Positions 39,754-52,939 of a stretch of 64,000 bases of DNA are shown here, piece after piece. The translations under genes were made by a program, and so were the position numbers. The notes under the pieces were generated by a model. It worked only from the letters and a program-made list of their open reading frames with translations. It had not been told where the DNA came from and did not search any database. Source of the DNA: Folioceros fuciformis (Eukaryota); NCBI GenBank assembly GCA_049999805.1, contig JBNGIO010005800.1, positions 1 to 64,000 on the forward strand. Reading direction: 5' to 3'. How positions within the stretch are numbered: the stretch's first letter is position 1; each line of letters begins with the position of its first letter.

Positions 39754-39826
39754 GGCCGCATGGCCCAATGGATAAGGCGCTGGTCTACGAAACCAGAGAT
39801 TCTGGGTTCGATCCCCAGTGTGGTCG
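39754..39826 (+). tRNA. tRNA-Arg(ACG)
   Basis: 73 nt. Acceptor GGCCGCA/TGTGGTC plus G; A-box TGGCCCAATGG; anticodon arm CTGGT-CTACGAA-ACCAG; T-loop GGTTCGATCCC. Confidence 0.95.
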
Positions 39827-39913
39827 TGATTATGCTCAGTACGGTGGAGGACGATGGAAGTTTTGCGTTTGACTTAACCTGTTTTGTAAAAGGTTCACTC
39901 TCATTTCTCTCTA

Positions 39914-40171
39914 TTGCGATGCGTGTCGGGTCAGGTCCATGGCTACTACAAATTCCTAGAGCCTGGAAAAAGCGGGTCCGTTGCCTATCGCGAGGCCAAG
40001 TGCACGACAGGCACCGGCGAGGACGACTGCGCCTTCTGCCTCACAACGCTTGACGAAAACGTGGAGGAAATTTGCCGAACGGCCCGTGGACCGGAAGTGA
40101 ACTACGTGGACTGCTCCATCAACTACAGAGACCACTCGTTCTGGCGCAACAGAATCTCTTACCATATATGA
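39914..40171 (+). pseudogene. Gnk2/DUF26 (stress-antifungal) domain, C-terminal half only
   Basis: C-X8-C-X2-C motif (CTTGTGEDDCAFC) followed by C....GPEVNYVDCSINYRDHSF. No signal peptide or N-terminal half in frame. Confidence 0.7.
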
Positions 40172-40289
40172 CACACGCATCACATGCCACATGCTTGTAC
40201 CCGGTCAAGTCTCCATATTGCTCTCGAAGTGGTAAATAAGTGGTACCAATGTATGTATCTGTGGCTTCTGGACTTCAAATATTTTATAT

Positions 40290-42180
40290 ACTTATTTGTA
40301 GTAACTAAGTGAGGTGCTGTGCATTCTTTTGCGTTCCTCTTCAGCAGCACGTTCTTCAACATGAGCATGTCCTCACTCATAATTTTTCTCATTGGATAAT
40401 GCATCCTGCCAAACTTCAAGACTTTTGTACTCTTGCCTGGCCTTTCCATCACTTGTCTCTTCGGATAAAGGCACCCTACAGACCTCCTGACGTTGTACGA
40501 CGATGGGCAAGGAGTGGCCATGGGGTTCCCAGCATCCAAGAAAGTGTGACGATACTCTCGAGCGACTGATTTTTCCCTTTATGTACACCTGATGGGATGA
40601 GATTACCATGTGCATGTGTACCGGATAAGTAGCTTGAACTTCATGCTGCCTAGCAAGCAGATTTGGTGGCACCTGTTGCTCGAGATGAGAAACTGCATTT
40701 CTCCTCGAATGCTCTGTTGTTCTACAGGGAGCTTCTTAGACGTGAGACGGTTTCTCATGAGCACGACAAAGTGTAGGATGCCTTGCCTACCTGTTACAGG
40801 ATTACGTACCAATGGACACATGTATCACGGTTGCCTAAACAGCAGATAGAGATGATGCTGAACTCTAGACACCAGCATCTCTATGGTGGAGCAAAGCATC
40901 AACGACTTGCTGAGCATCAACCATTCTCCCAACTTTTCATACATGCCTGTCAGACTGTCGGCTATCGGCAGATCCACCCAGACCCCTTCTCTTCAATCTA
41001 CGCGTGCAGTGGGCCCACGACGCTTGAAGCCCGCGACGACAGGCCCATGTAACGCTGCCACATTTGAAGGAGGGACGCAAATGTCATGCAGTGGGGTCCA
41101 AACCATTGCTTGTTCTAGCGTAGCACTAGCACTGTAACGGCAAAGCGCTTCCAGGCCCCTGCCCTGTTTGGTGTACCCTGCAATTAGCGCACTCCATACA
41201 TCTCGCTGACCACGTCCGTCAGAAACACCGTGAGCCCCTTGTACGCTGCCATACTTTGAACACATTTGTTCCAGACTGTTGGCTGCAGATAGATCTGCTG
41301 GCTCCTCTTTGCCAGATCTGGGAAGCCACAATTGCACATGCCAACAGGAAACAAACACGTCGGGGGATCAGAAACGCCCTCCGCTGGCAGAACACCATGA
41401 TGACAAATCGCCTCCTGAGTCATACCCTGTTGCGAATATCCTGCTATCTTGGCACTCGTCATCGCTATATCTCTTTGATTATGTCCGTCAAACCCACTTG
41501 CCGCACTTTCCAGATTCCCACTCTCGACACACATGTTCACCAAACCAATGGTCACAGACAAATCGGCTTCCATGTCCTCGCTTTCTACTTACCATTGACT
41601 TGATTTCCTCTTTCACTCTGCAATACATGCAGGAGGCTCCTCCCGCATAACCAAGACCAAGTGCCTATTCTCATAGGACGCACACAAACATCAAGGAATC
41701 AGGTGCGGTGACGCCTTCTTCTCCTATAAGGGCTTCCTGCCCCATACCCCTTCTTCAAATATTCTGCGAATAGAGCAGCCCACGTTACGACGCAGTTTTC
41801 ACCAAGTCCATCATTTACCTCCTGAGCATCCTCCAAGCTGCCACACATGCGTACATGGGCACCAAGAAGTTGGTTACACCCACCTCAGCTTCGAGTCTTT
41901 GTACTCTGATATGCACTAGCAGACGGTTCCTCTTCTCCAGCGCGAGGGTACCGACAAAAGCACATGCCTGCAAGAGGCAAACAAAAGTCAAGGCATTGAG
42001 TACAGAAATGCTTCATTCTTCAAAAACACTGTAGACACTGAAGACCATCCCCGTCCCGACCCATACCCCTCTCGTCCGTATACCCTGCAACAAGAGCATT
42101 CCATGTCACCACATCTTTCTGACGAAGTCTGTCAAACAATATCTTATCATCTTCCACGCAGCAACACTTAATGCCTATAG
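40290..42180 (-). pseudogene. Decayed PLS-class PPR gene (same family as the tandem pair), many frameshifts
   Basis: Fragments LFDRLRQKDVVTWNALVAGY, GLVNMCVESGNLESA...IAGYSQQGMTQEA and MCSKYGSVQGA...VWSALIAGYTKQGRGLEAL; possible E-domain/PG-box remnants near 40300-40550. Confidence 0.85.
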
Positions 42181-44881
42181 TCCTTTTCATGTTTATCATG
42201 GGCAAAAAGAATGAAAAACCGCATGCCAGATTCAACCACCCCTTCAAACACGTCCAAACGGTCTTGCAGCCAGCTATGAGCAGCGTCCAGTCGCAGGTCG
42301 TGGTGCAAGGGAACATACCTACTCACACCCCGTTACCAGCATAAAAGCATTACACGGCAACTCCTCACAAGATCCCACTTCAGTAAAAAAAATTCATGAC
42401 AAACATAAAATAGAAATTTGAAAACACCAGCCTCTGTGTCCGCCAGAGATTCAGAGCCGCAGGAGCTTCATCGAGATGGCCCCCAACGGGAGCTTGCTGA
42501 GTGATCCTGACACCCGCAGGCCTGCAGGATGTGAAAGGGGCGAAACCATAACAAGACTTACTTACTCTCAAGGTTTCCCCCCTTTCATGCCCTGCAGCCC
42601 GACAGGAGTTTGCCGACGATCCTCACTTCCCCCCTCGGAACCTCCTACCTTGCCTGCCAACCCTGGAGGTTAGGGTGGGGTCTCTACACATCTGTCACCA
42701 TAACCACCCTTGGTCAACACATTCGGTGTGGGCTTTCCTGCAAAGGTCCTGCGCTGCACCTGACGGACCCATTATCCTACACCCATCGCTCCATTGAAGT
42801 CAGTTGATTGAGAGGTCAAAATGACTGTCATGGATCGAACCTTGTGTGAGTGGATGCCGCCGGCCAATCCCAGACGACCCTTCCGTGAGCTGCAAGTCTG
42901 TGCCCAACCTCACAACGGAACGACTGTGGAGAGCACCAAATACACCTATCACCAGCGCATGGCGTGCCCCATTTTGTTTTTAGCCAAAATGATCAGGATA
43001 CATTAACTGGAAAATATTTATGCGACTCGTACATCTAGCGAGGATTAAAAACAAAAAGTATATGTAAACCACTTGGAACCATAGAGTCCTAAGAATAAGA
43101 AAGGAACGCACATTAGGCTCAGAAGTCGAGGTTGGGCCTGGGGGCTATAGGCATCCTTATTGGAAAAAACACATGCTCTCCTTCAAGATTCTTCTATTGC
43201 TAAGCACACTAAGTACTTGTCTCGCTCCCCTTGGAGAAGGGAGCCAAACTTAGCCTCTCGCTCGGCCAAGTGTTAAGCGTTCTGCATTGCACCAACAACG
43301 TTCTCTATCGCAATGCATTTTGTGCAACCTCTTCTTACCGTTTTAGGTTGCAATCTGCAGTGAATTGTTTGGCGAGAACACGAGCTTCAAGTTTTGTTCT
43401 CCGATTGCACATCAAGATGCTTCCTCCTCGCCACGGGTGATCACGCCTCCATGTGCCTGAATGGAGGCAAACGAAGTCAAGGAATTGGGAACAGAGATCC
43501 CTTCAGTTTGCATGACGATATAGAGACGGATTAAGGGCTTCCCCTTCCGCACCCTGCCGGCTATGCCAATACCTTGCGATCAGGATACTCTTAAGCTATC
43601 ATAATAATCCCTAAACACAAACAGAGACAAACATAATCGCCTAGACGGCTCTTGGCGAGCTTTGTCGATGCCATTTCCGATGACGAGACAAGACCATTCC
43701 GCTCCAGTGTTAGAACTGAGCTCAGAGACCCCGGACTAGGACAAGGGTACATGCTTGGTACATGTAATGTATCAAGCATATGCGGGATACGATTTTCCTA
43801 AAGTCTCCGGGACGTAACATCTGGCGAGCTTTTGCAGTCGAGTGTGAGTAGAACACAAAAGATCCGCTCAATACACGCATGTGCAGCGCCGCCGCACATC
43901 ACAAGCTCTGGAAACTGTATCAGAGCCCCGAGGGCAGACTCCTCCAGTTCCTGTTTTTTTGCTGATACGTTTCTCCAAGATTCAAACTTCCGAGTGTGGC
44001 CAGCTTTCTGGTCGATCGTCATCCAGGCATTATGTGTGAGCCTCAATCCCTCTGCTTTCAACTAAACTGTCAGTTATCGATATTTTCTGCGTCCCTCTAG
44101 ATCCCACCTCAGGTGCATCTCTGGTCACGGACAGTGAGCGAGCTGTTGTTTATGGGCCTCCCCTGGCCCTGCGCCAGTTGGGACAAGTTGCCTGCCAACA
44201 CAAGCTACGGTCCCCTGCTCTGAACTGCTCGGCTTAGCTGGGCTCTGCCTTTGCCTCACAATTCAAGTGCTCAAGTCCCTGCCGGATGCGAGCAACGAGC
44301 GATGACGGAAGTGCATGCTGGAATCATGAGTACACCAAGGAGTTTTGCGTTGGATGGTCAAGAATGGATTTTATAAAAACAAAACTATTTTTAAAAAATG
44401 ATCAAAATGAAAATAATTGTGTAGTTTATTCAAACTAAATATATACTTAATCAGAGGGCTCGGCTGTCGTTTTCCTCTCCTCGTGCCTTCAAGTACACGC
44501 CGTACCAACCAAGCTGAAGCCACCCCGGGTGTCCCATGTGCCAAGTCAACTCGGTTTCAAGTCATACAGTCAGTCCACGAGGCCGAGCACGATAATGGGA
44601 AGATGCTGGGTGGCTTACTGGGCAACTGAAGTCTTGAAAAAGTCTGTTCACTTTCGAAATTTGCGAAACAAGGCTGCACGCCATCACACATTAGAAAACT
44701 CGTTAATCCTCTGCAATATGCAGAGTTGAAGTCCGGCGTCACAAACACAGTGACCGTCAAGTTATTCGTATACCACACACCCTATCCATTGGCATATCAA
44801 CAGCTCAGCTCAGCCAGACTTGCCCAGTCCACAGATGTTACATCACAAAACTAAGAAGGGGGAACGGCGTGAATGAGCTCC

Positions 44882-46481
44882 TTAATTGTAGTACGGGCCC
44901 TGGGGCTGCGAGGGATAGCCAGGAGCTTGAGCGGGATANNNNNNNNNNNNNNNNNNNNNNNNNNNNNNNNNNNNNNNNNNNNNNNNNNNNNNNNNNNNNN
45001 NNNNNNNNNNNNNNNNNNNNNNNNNNNNNNNNNNNNNNCCCTGAGGAGGGTAGCCAGAAGCCGGAGGAGGGTAGCCAGAAGCCGGAGGAGGGTAGCCAGG
45101 TTGTACAACAGGGTAAGGCTGGTAAGGAGCACCCCCAACAGTCGGAGGAACGGCGTTGTCTAAGCGTGACATTTGTTGAGCTTGAGGGGGTCGCATAGGC
45201 CCGTCACCGACTTTCCCATCACGCTTGTCCAGTTCCACTTTGTGCTGAGTCTGCAGGACGAGGTCAGAGATGAGTTCGCGAATCAAACACCTGGCACATG
45301 AGACAGAAAATAATCCCAGTGCAGACTCTTACCTGCATACAAGCGCAGACCCTACAGACAGGAAAAAAACGAGGGCAGTCAGTCAGGCATTGCCGTAACT
45401 GTTCAGAAAGGTGTAGGTACGTACAGTTGTGGACAGGCCACAGGGAAGGGTGAGAGAGAGCCTACGTGCAATAAACTGCGTTGGAGAGGCAGTTGAGGAT
45501 CTGTGAGGCCTCTGATAGCTCCTCACTCCCCACAATTGCAGCGACGATGGAGAAAATGCAAGCAACTTGAGACAAGCAGAACATAAAGCCCTGCAGACCG
45601 ACCACACTGCTGTGAGGACTTGCATCCCAGCATACGTGTGTGAATAAGAGGAGAGAAAAGCAGGACGAGGTTGCCCTACAATGATGCAGTTGTCGCAAGC
45701 TGTGGTCTGAATGTTAAACTCGTCTTGGATGAGAAACCGAGTGGACTGTACCGAGTTTGCAAAACAGCACCACACCTGGACAAGAAACACGCTCGAGGTG
45801 AGACCCCTCTGCCCTGCGCACTAGGCCTGCACCCCTCCTCTCCGTCCCACAGTCCGTAACCATGTAACACAGACCTCTGTGGCCAAGCAGAGTTCCGGAC
45901 ACTGTCTCTCCCCGCAACGACCACTGCACGGCATGTATCCTGCACAGCAAACGTATCTGCAACATGCCAAGCCGTTGTGTGGTTCAAAAGCGTGAGGTAT
46001 ACCAAAATTAGTTTTTATGGCCACATGAATCTTGGTGCACAGCAGCTCACAATCCCCTTCACCTGTTCATGTCACCGTACAGAGCCCTCTTCCGGAGCAT
46101 ATACGAGGCACATGGTGAACTGCAACGCAGCGCAAACCAGGAATTAACCTACAGCGTCCCCATCCAAGCGGACCCAACACCGAAGACGACAACTTAGGTA
46201 CTCACCACCACATCGCGAAGCAAAAATCTGTAAACCATCGCCAGCCACCAGGTTTGCACAGAAAGAAACAAACGCACAAGGGGATGATGAGCGTGGATCA
46301 GTAAGAGTCTGCAGGCACCTGCTTCCACACACGACTTCAATCAAAGCCCAAGCCCCAGCCCCAGCTCCAGCATACAACACATACATGGGCAGTCGGCAGA
46401 GGCAGTGCCCATTAGATCCGTGTGCCATAGATTGCGGTACTGCTGCCGGGCCTGCAACTTCTCCACATCCTCCTGCTTCAT
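44882..46481 (-). CDS. PLAC8 (Cys-rich) family protein with GYPPP-repeat Pro-rich tail, multi-exon with a 22-nt microexon
   Basis: MKQEDVEKLQARQQYRNLWHTDLMG | YFCFAMWC (46227-46206) | SPCASYMLRKRALYGDMNR | YVCCAGYMPCSGRCGE..CPELCLATE | VWCCFANSVQSTRFLIQDEFNIQTTACDNCII | GFMFCL... | VCACMQ | TQHKVELDKRDG...GYPPPAS repeats. N gap inside the repeat. Confidence 0.92.
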
Positions 46482-48065
46482 CTTGAGAGCGGGTGCGGTT
46501 CACCTGGCATCCACAGAGAGCAAGAGCAAGGGCGGCGAGCTGTAAGACAGGGAGGGGAAGCCGATCCGAGCGCGGCGGCAGCAGCAGAGGAGGAACAGGC
46601 GGCGTGCGCAGGGACAATGCCAAGACATGCGTCCCCTTGGCGGGATCAAACCCTGCAGCGGTGCCTCCATCAAGCAATCAAGAATCAAAAGAGGCGAGCT
46701 CCGCTTCCAGGAAGGACGGTCACCTTACCTCGGGAGGGCGAAGCGCGCGTAGACGAGCAGACACGAAAGACAAAAATGAGGCGGGAGGGAGCCGGCCGGT
46801 GTGATCTTTGATGCCAACGGCAAAGGAGCCTCCAGGTCAGTAGGACGGACGAGCTTAACAAGACAGGCAGGAGACGGCGGAAAGGGAGAGCCAAAACCGG
46901 GCAAAGCGAAGGAAGGAGAGGGAAGGACCGCTCTATGAAAGGAGGGAAAGGAAGAAAACCCGAAGACCAGAGTCTGGGCCAAGCGACCGGAGTTAACGGT
47001 TCCTACTTTCCTACTCTTTGGAGCTCGAATGGCCGGGGAAGCTCTAGCCCAGGTGCGCAGACGAGTGTTCTAGCATATCCAGATGAGCAGAAAGTACCTC
47101 GAACTCGGCCACAGCTACCTGACAAGACAGGAGGAGTGGACTACGTCATAATCCTCCCTTGCACAGCTTGACGGTTTCCCATGGTGTGATGGACACTGTA
47201 TCACCGTGAGGTGATGCTCCATATACAGAGGGACCTCTAAAAATGGGACTCCCCTCCATATGGCACGGCCGATCCTACTCCCTTCAGTTTACGGAGAGAG
47301 ATGACACATCTCCTCATTGGTAATTGAGATCTTCTGAAGTTGTAAAAAAAAAAATACTTTTTCCCCACATGGAGAAAACCTAATCGGTACGGCTGAAGGC
47401 ACTCTGAACTCCCAATGATGCGGCTGGACAATATAGCGTCCGTAACATCTCATTCACATACACACATTAAAACAGCGGATAGGGTAATTCACTTTGTCAT
47501 TGCAGGCACACTGATCGAAACAGGGGATAGGGTAATTCAATTTGTCAGCTCCAACATTGGAGGCACACTGATTGGGGAGTCTTTAAAAGAGTCTTGGCGC
47601 TTTCATTATAAAGCAAGAAGAAAGTCTCTACCTGACTAGAATGTTTGTTCCTGTACAAAAGCCTACTTGATAAGCAATTGTGAAGTCTACCGAAACCTAC
47701 CAGGCGCTGCTACCAGTGCTATCACTAAAAAGGGGTGGCTCACCTCACTCACGACCACATGCCCTACCCCTGAAAAGGGACAACAACAAACAGAGACGAT
47801 AAAGAGGAAAGAAGAGGAAAGACAACAGCTCTGGGCTTATTTCCACAACAGTCATGATCAGCACAGACCAGTTCAGAACCATCTGCAAAGACAGCCTTTC
47901 CCACACTGGGGACCATGTTCACCTCACAAAATAAGCATCATCACTCAAACCAAATAGCACAACGACCGCTGTAATATCCAGGAGTGCTGCAGCTAGACCT
48001 ATGCGAAGCTGTTTTGCAACTGCTAACTCAAACCAACTGGTGCACTGAAAGCATCGCACAAATGG

Positions 48066-49899
48066 TCAGGCAGCTACGGTTGCTGTCGCGCCTCCTTGCA
48101 TCGGCCCGTCGGTACGATACCCTCGGCCTCGCCCCCTGCCTCTTCCTCTGCCGCGACCGCGTCCTGCAACCCCAATACATTGCTCGTTCAGAAAACAAGA
48201 GCTACGAAGGCTTGAGCCAAGAAGTACCTTCAGCTATGCACATTCTGGTTGCTCATAGGTTAATAGACATTTTCACCTTCAGCGGGAATGCCACCTCGGC
48301 CCCGGGAAGCTCCTTCGCCAGATGGACCGGTGGCAGCAGGAGCATCTTCATAGCTGCCAGCTTCTTGCGCAGGGGCGTCAGAGCCACCAAACCCTCTTCC
48401 ACGCCCACGAAAACCACCACGGGCTCTTCCCCGACCCCGACCACGGCCCCGACCCCGGCCCCAACCTGCTTCACCGTTGAAGTCACCACCAGCTGGAGCT
48501 CCGTTCCCTGCAACCGAAGCAGTCCGGAGTCAAACGAAAGCAAACCATCAGCAGAACACCCTTCGAGTCTAAAGGTGTAGGGCGCCAGGTGTGCACCGTC
48601 AGTTTCTCTTCCCCTGCCACGACCACGACCTCGACCCCTTCCACCTCGTGGAGATCCCTCTGGACATACACATGCACAATCTCAAAAAGTATCCACTAAG
48701 CTTTGTCCCGTGATAATTTCACCCGTCCATGTAAACCCTTAAGTCACCCTCTCCCGGGAAACTACTTGACGCAAGAACGGGAAGCAGCACACCAGTAGGA
48801 GACTCCACAAGCAAGCAAACACTCACAAACCGGGAAGTGGAGTGAGTAACAACCTCCTTCATACTCAAAATCCGTCAGAGGTTTGACCTGATCCGCGGGC
48901 AGAGGTGGCTGATACCTGCAACCACAGAAACAAGATGACTGTCACCAGTAAATTCTGATACATCACCCTGAAGACCTTAAAGTCTACCACTCAGGTGGGT
49001 GGTGCGATTGTTCATCTTCTAACCACCTGTACCAGCTAGAAGGAAGAGCGACTTTACCCGGTGGATGTCTTGTCCAACTCCTTAGTCGACAAAGTGATGG
49101 TAATCATAGAAACATGTCTCGTAGTTTCCAAACTGATACAAAAAACATCCCGACGTGAGGATCAGGATAACACTCCACGTAGAGACTCGAGTTCACAGCT
49201 ACTGAAAGTGAAGGAAAATTTTAGTTCCATCGGCAGAAAAGAGATTGTGCTCACGGAAATAGCCCTTCTTCCAATGGCTCCCACAGATCAGTAATATCAG
49301 TAGATCCAATAGCAGTGTTCTGATGTAGGCCGGCAATTCTCCTCTGCCATAAATCCATCGCAAATCCAACAATCAACTTTCCAGCACAGAGCTCATGGAC
49401 AGCAGCTAGATCTTAGGTTAGAAAGCTGCATGTCAGAACAACACGCAGCCTTGTGAACTTCACAAGGCCAATAAATCCACAACCAAAAACCAAATCCATG
49501 CATGTAACACCAAACGGGTGGATGACCTTGATAATCTCGGCGATAGTGACCGTCTTGTTGATCGCCCGCCCCATAGCCTTGAGAACAATTTCAGACGCAC
49601 CTTTGTCCTGGCCGTCAACAAATCCAAGGAAAATCAAACACCAACAGAGAGCAGCGGACAGGATGAACACAGATCCAAAAAAGAGCGCATGCAAAGTCAG
49701 CAACATAGATTTCGCTTGCTCGAGGGGAGGGGGAACAAAAAATCTCCGCAGCCGGATCTGCGAAGGAGATGCGCACCTGCAGCAGTGTGGTGGCGTAGGT
49801 GATGTAATTCCTCATTTTCCCCTGCGTAGTGATGCGAATCTCATTCTCGCTTATAGGCGTCTCCGGCCGCGGTTTCTCCACTCTTTGATACCGATCCAT
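48066..49899 (-). CDS. ALBA: Alba (Rpp25-like) DNA/RNA-binding protein with RGG/RG tail, multi-exon
   Basis: MDRYQRVEKPRPETPISENEIRITTQGKMRNYITYA | KAMGRAINKTV | RRIAGLHQ...WEPLEEGL | LETTRHVSMITITLS | YQPPLPADQVK | RG-repeat exons; TGA at 48068-48066. Confidence 0.93.
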
Positions 49900-51699
49900 A
49901 CTCGGAGCACTTCCTAGACCACAGCAGAGGGAGCGTTGCACCAGCAGCAGGAACAGCAAGAAGCTCAACACGACCGGTGCCGTGGAATGATACGGCGGGC
50001 CGCTCCACTCCGGGGTTAGGGCGGCTGGCTATCAGGCCACACACGCGTATGCTGCCTCGCCTCCCTCCAGCAAGATGCGCGTCACGCGAGCACCGCGACA
50101 CGGGCGCCGGACGCCGGCCGCTCCCAACCGTAGCGGCTGAGACGCACAGCCAGTCGGTGCAAGAAGCTTCGCTCCGCTGGCCTCCGCTGGCGCGCTGCTG
50201 CCTGCTGCAAGAGAGCGGGATGGCCACAACAAGGGGCGGAGTGTGAATGAACGCCCGCAGGAAGGAGCGAGGGGTTAGGGCGGGAGGGAGGGGCTGCCCG
50301 GGCGCTTGGCTACAAGATGGCTTCCACTGTGCGCGACGGAACCAGGGAAAGCAAGCACGCATGCCCACCCCAGGCGGGAAAGAGGGCAAAGCACAAGGAA
50401 GGCGAGTACTGACCTGAGTCGGCCGGCGCGATGGGAACAGAATGTGACTCGCCACCCTCCGCAGCCGTGGCGTGCGCCCACGTCCAGGTGCTACACAACC
50501 TAAAGAAACAAGGACACTGGCCTTAATTTTGCGTCACGTTTCGTCCCTTTCTAAATTGAGCCCCGGCCACCCAGTTGGGCCTCCATCCCAGGCAATATGT
50601 TCCGCCTCTACCGTCCCCGATCGACGCTTCTAGTGACTTCTTACCACAGTCCCCAAAAGTGGTCCACCCGCTACGTAAAAAATCGCCAGGATAAAGCCTA
50701 CCCTTCTGAACCCTACTTTTATCTTTACTATATACAACTGAGGACTCGGTAACCACAAACCCTACACCCCTGCCTTTTCTCGGATACAACCACGGCAGAC
50801 CTCGCCAAATAACCCTTACGTTGGGGGCTTAACCTAATTTGTTTATTTTAGATATTTTTGAATTTGAAAATCATATGTAGACTACATATTTTAGTGCTAT
50901 ATTCATCTTACCATTAGATCAGCAAATAGACGTTTAGACGATTATTTTTGTTTTCTCTAACTCTAGGTATGGGTATACTAGGTGCAACGGACCAAATAAT
51001 GGAGTTGGAAGAGAGAGGGTTATAAATAACCCACCCCTACATAGAGAGAAAAGCTAACGAAGGGACTAGTAGGACAATTTCAAGGGGTGTAGAAAGAGAG
51101 GGCAGAGAGAACAAGCTCACACTACAAAGGCCGGCATAATGGGGAGTAACAAGCTAGGAGCAAACAGAATCAAGCACTCATGAAGCAAAAGGAAAGATTA
51201 TATCACAGTAAGGTGAAATTTGGACATAGTTGTGAGACTAAGCACGATGAGCAATCATGCAAGGGACAGTGGTGCAAGTGCAAAGGGGATGCATGCTAGC
51301 GAAGTAGCGAGCCGTGACTCAGGGTAAATAAACCATGGAGGTTGACTTGCTAACTATTTCCGTGGTTGCCATATTTCGCAAGAGTGGGTTTTAAGCATCG
51401 CTCACAGTATTGCAAGCAAAGTTTGAACGGCCTGGACCTCTAAGAACAACCGGGTTTGGTAGGGTAGCACTCAGACAAGGGGTCGACGATAGGCAAGAGT
51501 GGAATGGCTCAAGAGGAGCAATTGTACATTCACTTGTTTTAGAGGGCAACTAAACTATCGACACCTTATTGAGTCTCGAACCAAGGGGTAATGACCTATG
51601 TAACTAGAATCAATTTATGGCTGTTATTGGTCCTATGCTCATCTTGATTTGGTGAAAAAGTGCTACATTAAGCTACAACAGAGGGAGGAGGATCTCGCT

Positions 51700-52250
51700 G
51701 CCCTCTCAAAAAGGAATCATAGCATTGGCCCTCAATGTTTGACCATTCATAACATTTGTCAAGTTTATGGAAGAGTAGTAGTATTAGTATTATGAATAAG
51801 ACGACGAATGGAAAAAGGGTCCCTAATTCGACACCCCTGTGGCATCTTGAGCTTAATGATAGGAAGAGGCCAAGCCAAGATTGAGGATGGCTGCCTTGGT
51901 GGTTTTTTACCAAGATTGTATTGGGGATGCTTAGTTATCAACGTGTATCTTACTTTGGCAATGCTTTTCTTGACTTCCTTTGGGCCATCACACAAGTAGA
52001 GCACGTTGTTTTGGGGATTGATCATGTATAAAGCACATATTTATCACTAAGAGAAGCTTCCCAAAGCTAATCTTGTGGAAAAAAGTCGTGTTTAACATTG
52101 CCTCCTCACTAGGTATTTGATGCACCTCTTTAGTATGAAAGGCTTGTTGACAAAGGAGGAGATGAACAAGTGGGGAAGGTTGTGAGTACCGGAACTCCCC
52201 TTGAAATAATCGAACGACAGGGACTTGGTAGTTTTTTTGTGCTTTGGTCA
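51700..52250 (-). mobile_element. Gypsy integrase C-terminal (GPY/F-like) remnant
   Basis: KNHQG....WLGLF......GVELGTL, then after a frameshift VMNGQTLR, resembling K.HPGK...WLGPF...G.V.L..L...VNGxRLK. Heavily decayed. Confidence 0.45.
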
Positions 52251-52939
52251 ACAGAGTAACTGAATACAGTCTTGGCGGCCTCTTTTATACCCAAGAGCCT
52301 CCTTGGCCCATAGCAATTTCACTCTTCGGTGTGGTTTTGGCTACTAATAACAGATCCTTGGTCGCCCAAAGTTCCTTGGACATTGGCAATAGTATCCTTA
52401 AGTTGTTTTTTTTTTTTTGCAATAGTGAGTCTTTGGCTCATGGCCCACGAGGCAGGCCGGGACAGGGGTTCCTTAGCTCTTAGTGGTTTGGAATACCCAA
52501 GACCCTATATAAGGAGGCAAGGTATTCCACCACGGTCGCTCGTTCAGGTGGGGTGGTGGTTCGCGCCCCTACGATGGCTAAGTTAGGAGGGTGCTGAAGG
52601 CGGACTTGAGACAAACAGGGAGTGAAGGAAAACTTCTAGTCACGGAGCACAACTGGGAGAAAGCATTGACAAGCCATCACAGCCACGAGCAATCTCTGCG
52701 GTAATCAGAAGTCAAGGAAGGGAAGGGGGACACAGACCACGAGGACGGACGGTGACAGCAAGGCGGCGCAGTCATCCGGGTTGGGGTAAGCCCTGGAGAA
52801 GCACCGGATTGGAGAAATAAGCGGGAAGTGCAACAGCGACCTGGAGAGAGCGCGCAGCACCTGAGAAGGAGGCAGGTGTTTGAGGGAACCGGGACTAGAG
52901 TGGAGTGGAGGATGGCGACTTAACCAGAGCCAGCGATTT

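Noticed and set aside
42400-44400. Scattered short ORFs and a possible repeat fragment
   Set aside because: Nothing I can assign from sequence alone.
49841-50500. GC-rich ORFs upstream of Alba (204 aa and others)
   Set aside because: Consistent with a GC-rich 5' UTR, intron or promoter that has few stop codons.
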